Below, piece by piece: positions 9,617-19,418 of a DNA stretch of 64,000 bases. Source of the DNA: an uncultured Caldisericota bacterium (GTDB taxonomy: Bacteria; Caldisericota; Caldisericia; UBA6126); NCBI GenBank assembly GCA_964427915.1, contig CAYRWA010000030.1:1592-65591 (forward strand), given 5' to 3'. The notes under the pieces were generated by a model. The model did no database searches and was not told where the DNA came from. It saw only the letters and a program-made list of their open reading frames with translations. Made by a program: the position numbers and the translations under genes. Position 1 is the stretch's first letter. Each line of letters begins with the position of its first letter.

Positions 9617-10507
9617 ATGAAAAATACAGCAAATAAACTTGACTTGAAACGAATGATTCGATTTGTTATGGGAGCCGTAGTATCGGTATTTTCTGGTTGG
9701 ATTTTTAAAGAAATTTACACTACTCCCTATCTGCAAAAAGGAATACCTTTACAAGATGTCGATACCATCATTATGTTCTTTTGGACGTTTATTGGGGTTG
9801 GCATTGGCTTTGTTGTGGGCTTCTATATTTTTTTCTTTTTCATAGATTTAATCACCAAGAGTTATTCACAAATGAGAATACGGATGCGTGGGATGACCCA
9901 TAAGAAATCATATGTACTCGACAGTAGTGCAATTCTAGATGGGCGCATAGCAGATTTGGTGAAATTGGGGCTTTTCCCCTCATGGTTTTTCGTTTCTTCT
10001 ATTACAATTGACGAGTTAAATCGATTAGCAAAAGTTAGCTCCGTGTATGCACGAAGAGTTGAAAAAGGAAGAAAAATCATCGACCGGCTAAAGCAAATGC
10101 TACAGAAGAAAATGCAAATTGTATCTTTTGTAGAACCTCCTAAATCCATCCGCGACCATATTGTTTCTTTGGCAAAGATGACAAAGTCTTCTATCATCAC
10201 GCTTGATGTTAACCTAACCGACGAGGCTAGAGTCCAAGGCATTCCGGTTATTAATATTAACGAGCTTGCTTTGGCATTCCGTCTCCAGTTGGTACATGGG
10301 GATATCTTGGCATTGCACCTAAACAGACCTGGCAAAGAGAAGAATCAAGCAGTAGGATATCTTGACGACGGGATGATGGTTATTGTCGAGAATGGCATTC
10401 ACCATCTCCACAAAAATGTTGAGGTAGAATGTATGTCTGTGTTGCAATCAACTGCTGGGAAAATTGTATTTGGAAAGTTTATTAAGGAACTTGATGAACC
10501 ATCATAA
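9617..10507 (+). CDS. Membrane PIN/TRAM domain protein (YacL-like)
   Basis: LDSSAILDGR (PIN), GKEKNQAVGYLDDGMMVIVE (TRAM); typical position upstream of ispD/ispF. Confidence 0.88.
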   Translation: MKNTANKLDLKRMIRFVMGAVVSVFSGWIFKEIYTTPYLQKGIPLQDVDTIIMFFWTFIGVGIGFVVGFYIFFFFIDLITKSYSQMRIRMRGMTHKKSYVLDSSAILDGRIADLVKLGLFPSWFFVSSITIDELNRLAKVSSVYARRVEKGRKIIDRLKQMLQKKMQIVSFVEPPKSIRDHIVSLAKMTKSSIITLDVNLTDEARVQGIPVININELALAFRLQLVHGDILALHLNRPGKEKNQAVGYLDDGMMVIVENGIHHLHKNVEVECMSVLQSTAGKIVFGKFIKELDEPS

Positions 10508-11660
10508 AGCTAGCTGTGTTATTGTAGGAGGGGGAAGTGGTTCACGATTTTCTACATCAGAATCAAAACTTCATGTGTTACTGGCTGGTAAACCAGTTTA
10601 CGTTTCATCCCTCCAAAACTTTGTTCACGACGATAGAATAGAAGAAATTGTGCTGGTGGGTTCTTTTCATCATAATGATATAGAAACGTGGTTTCCTTCT
10701 CATCGAAAGATACAGGTAGTAAAGGAAGGAGAAACAAGAACAAGAAGTGTTTGGAATGGACTACAAAAATGTATTTCTTCTTCCGAATGGGTTTTCATCC
10801 ATGATGCTGCTAGACCTTTTGTTCCTCCTGCCGTTATAGATTCATTGTTTATGGCTTCAGAAGAGGAGTCTATTAAAGGAGTGATTCCTGTTCTTCCTGT
10901 CTACGATTCCTTGAAAAAAGTAAGAGATGGGACTGTCTGTGAAACTGTCTCTAAAAAGGGTGTTGTTCGAGCACAAACTCCGCAGTTTTATCATAGGAAA
11001 ACGTTACTCGATGCATATGAAAAAAATAATGTTTCATGGGAAGATGAGACTGAACTTCTTCTCCATTGCTGCCCATCCATATCCATAAAATATGTTCCTG
11101 GATCCTATTTTTCTGAGAAAATTACTGATCCAACCACGAGAGAGTTTTTAGAAAAGCTTTCTATAACAAATCCAAAAGTTGGTATAGGGTGGGATTTTCA
11201 TCCTTTCGAGCAGGGCAGAGATCTTGTTCTAGGAGGCGTTTGTTTTCCTCACCATATAGGACTTGAGGGAGATTCCGATGGCGACGTAGTGGTTCACGCT
11301 GTAATCGATGCTATTCTTGGTGCTATTGGAATGGGTGATATTGGCTCTTACTTTGGTGTTAAAAAACCATCTTTGATGGGAATCCGTAGTTTATCCCTAT
11401 TAGGTAAACTCAGAACCGCAACAATGCCATTTTTTTGGGAAGTTGGTAATATTGACATAACTATTGTATGCAAAACGCCTCATATTCACCCTCATGTACA
11501 CGAAATGAAAAAAAACATTGCGGGTGCACTACGAATATCAGAGAATACTGTAAACGTTAAGGCCACAACCGATAAAGGAATGGATTCTGCAGGCCAAGGC
11601 AAAGGAATTCGAGCGGTTGCGATAGCCAACATTCTACAAATGGAGGTATTTCATGGGTAA
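10494..11660 (+). CDS. ispDF: Bifunctional IspD/IspF (MEP pathway)
   Basis: IspD motifs GGSGSRF, IHDAARPF, AQTPQ; IspF motifs GIGWDFH, SDGDVVVHA, GDIG, NVKATT. Confidence 0.92.
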   Translation: MNHHKASCVIVGGGSGSRFSTSESKLHVLLAGKPVYVSSLQNFVHDDRIEEIVLVGSFHHNDIETWFPSHRKIQVVKEGETRTRSVWNGLQKCISSSEWVFIHDAARPFVPPAVIDSLFMASEEESIKGVIPVLPVYDSLKKVRDGTVCETVSKKGVVRAQTPQFYHRKTLLDAYEKNNVSWEDETELLLHCCPSISIKYVPGSYFSEKITDPTTREFLEKLSITNPKVGIGWDFHPFEQGRDLVLGGVCFPHHIGLEGDSDGDVVVHAVIDAILGAIGMGDIGSYFGVKKPSLMGIRSLSLLGKLRTATMPFFWEVGNIDITIVCKTPHIHPHVHEMKKNIAGALRISENTVNVKATTDKGMDSAGQGKGIRAVAIANILQMEVFHG

Positions 11661-12120
11661 TGATAAAACCGAAGCCTTGTATCAAGTAGAGAAGTTGATA
11701 AAAATAATGAAAGAGAATTCTACAAAAAAAGTTCACATTGAGACCAAAGACTGGAAGATTAGTATTGAGCAGAAAGAAAATAGTCAAATGGAGATTGTTA
11801 AATCTGTGATGTCTAACGAAGATTCTTCCAAGGACGATACTCACGGACAGAAGCATAGCAGCGTGCATATTGTAACAGCACCTCTAGTGGGAACCTTTTA
11901 TCGATCTTCATCTCCAGAGCAAGAACCTTATGTAGAAATCGGTGATATAGTAGAGACAGGACAAGTGCTATGTCTAGTAGAAGCAATGAAAGTCATGAAC
12001 GAGATACACGCAGATATAGACGGAGTAGTGACGAAAATTGTAGTAGCCAATGGCGATATGGTTGAATATGGCCAACCTCTGTTCGAGATTGAACCACAGG
12101 ACTCTAATGATGAAACATAA
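11653..12120 (+). CDS. accB: Biotin carboxyl carrier protein
   Basis: APLVGTFYRS and the EAMKVMNEI biotinylation motif. Confidence 0.95.
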   Translation: MGNDKTEALYQVEKLIKIMKENSTKKVHIETKDWKISIEQKENSQMEIVKSVMSNEDSSKDDTHGQKHSSVHIVTAPLVGTFYRSSSPEQEPYVEIGDIVETGQVLCLVEAMKVMNEIHADIDGVVTKIVVANGDMVEYGQPLFEIEPQDSNDET

Positions 12121-13456
12121 TATTCGTCGAATACTGATTGCAAATCGAGGAGAAATTGCACTCCGTATTCTTCGGGCATGCAAAGAAATGCAAATTGAAT
12201 CCGTGTTAGTTTACTCAGAAGCTGATGCTGACTCATTACCAGTCAAGTATGCTGACATTTCTGTATGCATCGGACCGGCCAATCCCTCAATGAGTTATCT
12301 CAACTTCTCTCAAATTATTACCGTTGCTACATTAATGGAAGTAGATGCTATTCACCCAGGATATGGGTTTCTGTCTGAAAATGCTACTTTCGCTACTATT
12401 TGTCAAGATTATGGGCTATTGTTTGTTGGTCCAACCCCCGATTCTTTGATTAATTGTTCCAACAAGGCGCACGTACGGAGTATTGCAAAAAGTGTTCAAG
12501 TTCCTATTTTGCCAGGAACAGAGAAGCCTTTACAGGATATTCAAGATGCCTTGAGAGCTGCCGAGAGCATTGGGTATCCACTGCTGTTAAAGGCATCTAT
12601 GGGAGGCGGTGGCCGTGGCATACGAAGAGTTGATTCCAAACAACAACTAACGGACTATTTTCCGATTGTGCAAAGGGAGTCGTTTGCTTCCTTCGGATCG
12701 GATGAAATATATATGGAGAAATTGCTACTTCACCCTAGGCATATTGAAGTGCAAATCTTTGGTGACGGAAAAGGCAATGTCATTCATTTAGGAACCCGAG
12801 AGTGTTCTATCCAAAGAAAACACCAAAAAATTATAGAAGAATCTCCTACTTGCGGCTTACGTAAAGAAAAAGAATCGTTGCTAGTAAAGGCTGCTGTTTG
12901 TTTAGGGGAAAAATTACAGTATAAGAATGCCGGCACTTGTGAGTTTATCACAGATAATGACGGCAATTTCTATTTTCTAGAAATTAACACCCGTATTCAA
13001 GTTGAACATCCAGTGACAGAAGAAACAACAGGGATCGACATTGTCAAAATGCAAATCCAAGTTGCACAAACTGATGCTTTACCATTGCTGCAAAGTGAGA
13101 TTCACCAATCAGGTTGGGCCATGGAATTTCGCATTGTAGCTGAAAATCCAGAAACCTTTGTTCCTTGTGCTGGGAAGATTGATTTTGTTCATTTCCCGGC
13201 TGGTCGAGGTGTACGGATGGATTCTCATGTATACTCTGGGTATGTAGTTCCTGCTTCTTATGATTCGCTGCTTGCTAAAATGATTATTCATGGAGCTAAT
13301 CGCAAGGAAGTACTTACAACCGCGAAAAGAGCTTTGCAAGAATTTACCATCCAGGGAGTTCAAACCAATATTCCATTGTTACTAAAAGTGTTGGAACATC
13401 CGGAATATCAAAAAGGGTCTATTAGCACCTCTTTTTTAGAACAGTATATCCTGTAA
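12107..13456 (+). CDS. accC: Biotin carboxylase
   Basis: ILIANRGEIA, HPGYGFLSEN, GGGGRG, RECSIQR, FLEINTRIQVEHPVTE. Confidence 0.96.
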   Translation: MMKHNIRRILIANRGEIALRILRACKEMQIESVLVYSEADADSLPVKYADISVCIGPANPSMSYLNFSQIITVATLMEVDAIHPGYGFLSENATFATICQDYGLLFVGPTPDSLINCSNKAHVRSIAKSVQVPILPGTEKPLQDIQDALRAAESIGYPLLLKASMGGGGRGIRRVDSKQQLTDYFPIVQRESFASFGSDEIYMEKLLLHPRHIEVQIFGDGKGNVIHLGTRECSIQRKHQKIIEESPTCGLRKEKESLLVKAAVCLGEKLQYKNAGTCEFITDNDGNFYFLEINTRIQVEHPVTEETTGIDIVKMQIQVAQTDALPLLQSEIHQSGWAMEFRIVAENPETFVPCAGKIDFVHFPAGRGVRMDSHVYSGYVVPASYDSLLAKMIIHGANRKEVLTTAKRALQEFTIQGVQTNIPLLLKVLEHPEYQKGSISTSFLEQYIL

Positions 13457-13478
13457 TGTGGAGAATGAAAACTAACAA

Positions 13479-16400
13479 CTAAAAGGTCTCAATGTTGTTT
13501 TCAAATACATACTTAACTTTCTCTGCCCATTCCAAAAACGATACTGCATGCTCCTTTGTGAATTGCTTTGAAAACCAGTATATGTCAGTATCATTGTTTT
13601 GAATTCCAAGCCCAATTTTTTGTAACTGTAGAGAAATGGCGTATAGGTAGCTATTAGGATCATTCTGTGGAAAGCGAAAATAACCATGATACCTTTGAAT
13701 AGAGGAAATATATCGTACATCCTCTTCCGAAAGAGATAAATGCTGTTCAAAAAAAGGAGAGGAAAATGCAATGGGGAAACATTCTTCGGTTGGAGAAGTG
13801 GCGGCTAGCTTGTCTTGCAAAACTACAAAACCATCGGCGATATTGGACTGGATACCCAAGGGCGTATTTGTATAAATTCTACTTCCTGTGTCGAGTGCAC
13901 AATTGTAGATACATGTACCAATGCATTGATCTTTTTGGAAAATCCCGCCCCAGTACACATATGGTTCTCCTGGGAGACATTGTGCTTCGGTCCAATAATA
14001 CCCACTAAACTTTTCGGTGTTTGCATTGTGATTGGAAGGGTAATTGACGGGCAAACCTGGTTCGTAACAATGCCAATATGGCAGATACTTACTACCAGAA
14101 GAAGTAAATAGAGCCAATCCTAAACCGGAACCAACATAGGCATTGGTTGTAATTTGTTGAATACCCCTTCCAGCATCGAAAGTAACTAAAGAGTTATCAA
14201 AATGATATGCATCGGGGTATGATTCGTGCACAATCAGGGCAAACGATAATTCTGCAGGGAAATGGTCAGGAAGAAAGTTTGTTAACTCATTCTGGATGTA
14301 AGTAGCAATGATCTTTTCAGTGCGACCACCCCTTTTCCCTTCAACAGAGGGGGATATGGGCTGAGTGAGGGTCGCAAGGTGGCTTTGGTTTTTGAGAGAG
14401 AATGAATAACTTTTTACATTGATCCAGCCAACCGTTTCATCGGTAGGGTCTTGGATTTTTATATACCATTCTTTAAAGTTAGGCGTGATTATTTGTAATT
14501 TGTCGTTTACAAGCAATGGTTCCACAACCCAATTTTTGGGGAGTAGCTTGATGGGTTTTTTTTGTAAATCTATAAAACATTGGTCTAAAGCAATTGCAGT
14601 TTCTCTGTCCAATAGACCTGTAGGTGCAATGTGGTGGAGAATCTGAAATTTTTCTAGAGCTTTTTTTGTGTAATATCCAAAATAGGTGGTTTCTTCTCCT
14701 TCAAAGCCAGCTTCACGGGAATTTTTGTGCAGCTGCGTTCGTGGATTTGTATTAAGAATCATTTGCAGGTAGGCAATAAAAGGGGAAGAAAATTCTATTT
14801 GTATTGTGGAAGAGGTACTGTCAACGGCGTCCAAGAAAGAAAAATTATTAGGAATAGTGCGGAATGCATTGTTTTTGAGGGGATCTTTCACGACAAACGC
14901 CCCAAAAGGTCTATCTATTGAGAATAGTGGATGAGCAAGAAAGCAGGAAGATGTTCGAGGGGAGGAAGCGATATGTAAAAAGGTTTCTTTCGTATCGTCA
15001 TGAATACCAGCGATATATAAATTGTTGTAAAAATCAATCCCTATTCCTCCAGCAATGTCGAACTCATTAGTGCCTACATAACTTGAGTAAACAATTGAAT
15101 CAATGTGAGTGTTAATGTGCATAAAGAAAATGTCTTGTTGTTTCTGAAGCATTGGAAATTCAGCTTGGACAGTGATAGGAAAATCTTCTGATAAAGTATT
15201 GCCAGTTACGTATACGTTTCCCCAATGATCGGTGATAAGGTCGGTTACTTCATCCTGCGAAGAACCTCCAATATAGGAAGATGACAAGAGCTTTGATCCT
15301 GCACCGTTCATTTTTGAGATAAAACCATCCTGGTCACCCCCTAGGTTGTTTTGTACATGACGAGAAGAACACGGGAAAGAGGAGGAATTTGTAGTACCAG
15401 CAACGAAAACATTGCCTTCCCAATCACAGGCGATAGCTTTGCCAATATCAAAGGAATCACCCCCTAGGAACGTACAAAAGATCATGTGGTTTCCATCGGG
15501 AGTAAAGCGAATGACAAATGCATCTTTTTCTCCGTTGTGAGATGTGTCATAGGCGAGAGGAGTGACAGGGAAATCATGAGAATATGTATACCCAGTAATG
15601 TAAATGTTTTGTAATGAGTCCAGGGATAGACCCATACTAACGTCCCATTGAGAACCACCAACAAGGGTGCTGTTGAGGATGCTACAATCGCCAGTATCGA
15701 TGCAAACAACAAAAGCATTGCTCTGATAAGCCTCTTGGTTCGGTGAGACAAAACGTTTCGTAGTTGGGAAATCAGAGGAGGTGGTATATCCTGTAATCAG
15801 AACATCTTGGCGTGCATTGACTTTGATATCTAGAGCGGCATCATTGTCTGAACCCCCCAAAAGTAGCGCTTTGGATGATTGGTCTGAGGGATTGTAGATG
15901 AGAGTAAAAACATTTGTATCTTGAGAACTCTGGCTTGAGGATAGATTTCTTGTAAAAGGAAAATCCTTTGAATCTGTGGTCCCGCAGCAATATACAAGAC
16001 CATCGTTTGAAACGTCAATACCCATCACTTCTTCCCACCCAGACCCGCCAAATAGAATGCATTCTGCAATAGTTCCATCTTTGCGATATCGTTTAATATA
16101 TGCATCGTAGTTTTCTTTTATGGATTGTATTTCTTGTGATTGACTAGCAGGAGATAAAACTGCTCCTCCCACCCAAGAATCTCCAAGGGGGTTTGTGTGA
16201 ATGGTCTGAAGAGTTGCTTTACCAGTTTCATCGCTTGTAGATTTGTTATCATAAGAGTCTATGGTGACCGTAGATTGCAATGATTTGGCTAGAATTGTAG
16301 AGGGCTCTTTTGAAGGATCTTTTTGTAGAGTATTTAGAAAAGTCATCAGATCTTCTTTTTGGGATGAATAGGGAGAGAGAGTGATGGAACAAGAGAGGCT

Positions 16401-16805
16401 GTCTTGCTCAATGTAGAAAAGATAATCAACTCCATTTGTGCCATCCCGATATTGAATAGAAGACCATGTTTGTGCCCTAATTACACTAGAAGAAGTTATG
16501 TACGTATATTGGATAGTAGAAGGCTGAATACCTGCTGGAGATATAGAGTCAAAAGGGAAGGGGTGCTTGATGGGAGGTTTCGCCGGAGACACAATATACA
16601 TTGCAGTTTCTGCAAACACAATGCCTCCAGAGGATGTGTTGTAAAAAAAATGAATAGAAGAATCCCACTGCCCCTGATTTTCAACAATACAATGTGAGGA
16701 GCGGGAAGAAACAGCTAGCGCGCGATGCGAAAAAAAAAGTGCTGGATGACCAGCACTTACAATGAAAACAAAACATAAAAATAAAACAACCAAACGTTCG
16801 TACAA
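13479..16805 (-). CDS. Secreted SBBP-repeat beta-propeller protein with peptidoglycan-binding and lysozyme/SLT-like C-terminal domains
   Basis: Signal peptide; ENQGQ; about seven GGS..D....I..D..GNVYVTG.T.S.DFP repeats; LQMILN...ETTYFG..TKKALEKFQ...PTG.LD (PG-binding); ALIVHES...GRGIQQIT. Confidence 0.75.
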   Translation of the reverse strand: MYERLVVLFLCFVFIVSAGHPALFFSHRALAVSSRSSHCIVENQGQWDSSIHFFYNTSSGGIVFAETAMYIVSPAKPPIKHPFPFDSISPAGIQPSTIQYTYITSSSVIRAQTWSSIQYRDGTNGVDYLFYIEQDSLSCSITLSPYSSQKEDLMTFLNTLQKDPSKEPSTILAKSLQSTVTIDSYDNKSTSDETGKATLQTIHTNPLGDSWVGGAVLSPASQSQEIQSIKENYDAYIKRYRKDGTIAECILFGGSGWEEVMGIDVSNDGLVYCCGTTDSKDFPFTRNLSSSQSSQDTNVFTLIYNPSDQSSKALLLGGSDNDAALDIKVNARQDVLITGYTTSSDFPTTKRFVSPNQEAYQSNAFVVCIDTGDCSILNSTLVGGSQWDVSMGLSLDSLQNIYITGYTYSHDFPVTPLAYDTSHNGEKDAFVIRFTPDGNHMIFCTFLGGDSFDIGKAIACDWEGNVFVAGTTNSSSFPCSSRHVQNNLGGDQDGFISKMNGAGSKLLSSSYIGGSSQDEVTDLITDHWGNVYVTGNTLSEDFPITVQAEFPMLQKQQDIFFMHINTHIDSIVYSSYVGTNEFDIAGGIGIDFYNNLYIAGIHDDTKETFLHIASSPRTSSCFLAHPLFSIDRPFGAFVVKDPLKNNAFRTIPNNFSFLDAVDSTSSTIQIEFSSPFIAYLQMILNTNPRTQLHKNSREAGFEGEETTYFGYYTKKALEKFQILHHIAPTGLLDRETAIALDQCFIDLQKKPIKLLPKNWVVEPLLVNDKLQIITPNFKEWYIKIQDPTDETVGWINVKSYSFSLKNQSHLATLTQPISPSVEGKRGGRTEKIIATYIQNELTNFLPDHFPAELSFALIVHESYPDAYHFDNSLVTFDAGRGIQQITTNAYVGSGLGLALFTSSGSKYLPYWHCYEPGLPVNYPSNHNANTEKFSGYYWTEAQCLPGEPYVYWGGIFQKDQCIGTCIYNCALDTGSRIYTNTPLGIQSNIADGFVVLQDKLAATSPTEECFPIAFSSPFFEQHLSLSEEDVRYISSIQRYHGYFRFPQNDPNSYLYAISLQLQKIGLGIQNNDTDIYWFSKQFTKEHAVSFLEWAEKVKYVFENNIETF

Positions 16806-16820
16806 AAGTGTTGCTCGTAA

Positions 16821-16985
16821 CTATTTATCTTTTTGTTTTGAGATCAGTTCAAACATAGCAGCAATGAAAATCACTGTTGCCATTACAATAAGAGTAACAG
16901 GGTGAAGACTCCACACATTTGTAATATGGATTGAAAAGAGGATTAACCAGATCGAAGCAAAAATTTTTGTCCAATTTGACCACAT
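16821..16985 (-). CDS. 54-aa small membrane protein (two predicted TM helices)
   Basis: GGAGG, 7 nt, ATG; MWSNWTKIFASIWLILFSIHITNVWSLHPVTLIVMATVIFIAAMFELISKQKDK*; below the ORF-track size cutoff. Confidence 0.6.
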   Translation of the reverse strand: MWSNWTKIFASIWLILFSIHITNVWSLHPVTLIVMATVIFIAAMFELISKQKDK

Positions 16986-17018
16986 AGCAGAACCTCCAAA
17001 AGATTTTTTTTCATGGTA

Positions 17019-17489
17019 TCATAGTTTTTTTTCTTTGTAAATATTCCACAGCTGTTTTATGGTTTTTTGAAAGACAGGGTGGATAAAAGTAGGACAGATT
17101 TCCATACATGGAAGTAGTATAAAGTCTCTTTTGTGAAGATCTTCGTGAGGAATTGTTAGAGAAGGCGTGCGAATAATATCCTGATTCCAAAACAACATAT
17201 CGATATCAATATTTCTAGGACCCCATCGAACCGATTCTTTCCGTCCCATAAGCTGCTCAATATTCTTCACAATGTGAAGAATTTGAGAAGGATCAGAAGA
17301 AGAAGTCCTGGTTTTTACAACACAATTAAGAAAGGGATACTGATTCTTCAACCCATACGGTTTTGTTTCAATGATAGTAGAGACTTGTAACAGATGAATA
17401 TCCTTGCAAGATAGATAATGAAAAGCTCGTAAAAGGGATGCTTTTCGATTTCCTTCGTTGCTTCCTAGTGAAAAAAAAACGGTGTTCAT
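17019..17489 (-). CDS. folK: 6-hydroxymethyl-7,8-dihydropterin pyrophosphokinase
   Basis: SLGSNEG, FLNCV, RWGPRNIDIDML, LTIPH. Confidence 0.96.
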   Translation of the reverse strand: MNTVFFSLGSNEGNRKASLLRAFHYLSCKDIHLLQVSTIIETKPYGLKNQYPFLNCVVKTRTSSSDPSQILHIVKNIEQLMGRKESVRWGPRNIDIDMLFWNQDIIRTPSLTIPHEDLHKRDFILLPCMEICPTFIHPVFQKTIKQLWNIYKEKKL

Positions 17490-18634
17490 GAATGCATGAT
17501 AGAAAAGACTTTACAGGCATTTTTTGTTGCCTTTACGTTATGAATACGTAGTATATCTACTCCTTTTTCCCACAGCAGTGCACTCATAAGGGCTGTTGGA
17601 GCATCTCTATCTGACAAAGGAATAGAGGCTATGTCACCAAAAAAACTTTTTCTAGAGTGACCCACAAGTAGTCTGCAACCTAAATCGTAAAAACAAGAGA
17701 TATGTTGCAAAATGTCAATATTTTGTTGAGCTGTTTTGGCGAAACCAATCCCCGGATCCAAGACAATTCGTTCTTTATCTATTGAGTAACGAGAACATTG
17801 GTCAAGAGCCTTCTCAAAAAAGAGGTGAATTTCTTCTAAAAGAGAATGGTACTGCGTTTCTTTTTGCATCGTTTCAGGTGTTCCTTTCATATGCATAATG
17901 ACAAGCTCTATAGAAGGATGTCGAGAAAGCAGTTCTATCATTTCTGGGGAGATTTTTATACAGTTGATCATTTGGATCCCATTTTCAATGCCTGCTTTTG
18001 CAATAGAGACCCTGTGCGTGTCAAGTGATAGCTTACAGGTAGGGAAGCGTTTGAGGATTTGAACAATAGGCTCTATCACGCGACGATATTCTTCTTCTTC
18101 ATGAATTATTGCCGCGCCTGGTCTTGTAGATTCTCCCCCTATATCTAGGATGTCAGAACCTTGTTCGATAAGAGATGAGGCCTTTTGCAAAATGTCATTC
18201 ATAGAAATACATTCATTTCCATCAGAAAAAGAGTCGGGCGTTACATTTAATATACCCATTAATACGGGCTGGGGGGCCTTTTGTTTTTGGTGAAGTTTGC
18301 AAAGAAAAACCGCAAGCTTTTTTCGAATTGTGGGAATGTGGAAATAGTTTTGTCTTTCTAAACTTTGCAAACATCGAGCAATCACATTTTCTGTTCCTAT
18401 CATCAGAATCGTAGAATCTTCTATAGAATGATCCAATACATTTTTGTGTACAGCTACGTCGCCACCATGACTAAGAAACGTTTGTTTCAAAATTGTAGCT
18501 TCTTTGTATCCAATATGATCTGCCTTAATGCAAAGGAGATTTGTTTTTTTTAAAAAGATAGGAATGCTTTCTTGTGTACACCCGATGTCTTGTAATGCTG
18601 AACGGACCAATGCTGGATCAAGCAAGGTAAACAT
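17486..18634 (-). CDS. folP: Dihydropteroate synthase with an N-terminal extension of about 120 aa
   Basis: MGILNVTPDSFSDG, DIGGESTRPG, LDPGIGF, SRKSF, LRIHNV. Likely start MFTLLDP, just after the folE2 stop. Confidence 0.93.
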   Translation of the reverse strand: MFTLLDPALVRSALQDIGCTQESIPIFLKKTNLLCIKADHIGYKEATILKQTFLSHGGDVAVHKNVLDHSIEDSTILMIGTENVIARCLQSLERQNYFHIPTIRKKLAVFLCKLHQKQKAPQPVLMGILNVTPDSFSDGNECISMNDILQKASSLIEQGSDILDIGGESTRPGAAIIHEEEEYRRVIEPIVQILKRFPTCKLSLDTHRVSIAKAGIENGIQMINCIKISPEMIELLSRHPSIELVIMHMKGTPETMQKETQYHSLLEEIHLFFEKALDQCSRYSIDKERIVLDPGIGFAKTAQQNIDILQHISCFYDLGCRLLVGHSRKSFFGDIASIPLSDRDAPTALMSALLWEKGVDILRIHNVKATKNACKVFSIMHS

Positions 18635-18635
18635 A

Positions 18636-19418
18636 CTATCGTTTGTCCATTTCCACTTGGGCGTATGCATTGTGGTTATGGATACTCTCATTGCTTAGAA
18701 CATCAATTGAAAACCACGTTACTCTTTGATCCTGATTTAATGGTAGATAAATATTACGGACAACATCCTCAACAAACCTCGGATGATTGTATGCATATTC
18801 TGTAACGTACTTTTCATCTTTCCTTTTAAGTAAAGAATATACTGGTGAGGAAGCGGCTTTTTCACAAATAGAAACGATATCCTCAATCCAAACAATGTTG
18901 TGGTGACCATGTTTCATACGAATAGAGACAGAAGCAATCCCTCGTTGATTATGAGCCCCATAGGCTGAAATTTCTTTAGAACAAGGGCAAAGAAGCTGTA
19001 TAGGGACCTTTACTTGCATTAAAAAATCAAAATCATGGCCTTTTGAAGCAATGAATGTGCAATCGTATGATAAAAAGCTTTTTATGCCAGTAACGGGGGC
19101 CGCTTTATTGATAAAGAAATCGAAACTTATCTCTATATGAGATGTTTCTGCCTTTAAAGCTTGTTTCGTATCTTGCAGAATTCCTTCAAGAGAAAGAATA
19201 GCGATATTGTCTCGATGAATGTTTAGAATTTCAATGAAACGACTCATATGAGTACCACGAAACTCTTTGGGGAGATCGACGTAGAGGCTTACTAGCCCGG
19301 TCGTTGTTTGCGTAGATCCTTCTCGATCAGAAACAGAGATCGGGTAGCGTACTCCTTGTACACCTACCCGATCTATCTTAACTTTGCGATCATCAGTTTC
19401 GTTCTGTATATCTCGCAT
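18636..19418 (-). CDS. folE2: GTP cyclohydrolase IB
   Basis: RGTHMSRF, LCPCSKEIS, GAHNQR, LLKRxDE, FVEDVVR, ESIHNHNAYA. Confidence 0.95.
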   Translation of the reverse strand: MRDIQNETDDRKVKIDRVGVQGVRYPISVSDREGSTQTTTGLVSLYVDLPKEFRGTHMSRFIEILNIHRDNIAILSLEGILQDTKQALKAETSHIEISFDFFINKAAPVTGIKSFLSYDCTFIASKGHDFDFLMQVKVPIQLLCPCSKEISAYGAHNQRGIASVSIRMKHGHHNIVWIEDIVSICEKAASSPVYSLLKRKDEKYVTEYAYNHPRFVEDVVRNIYLPLNQDQRVTWFSIDVLSNESIHNHNAYAQVEMDKR

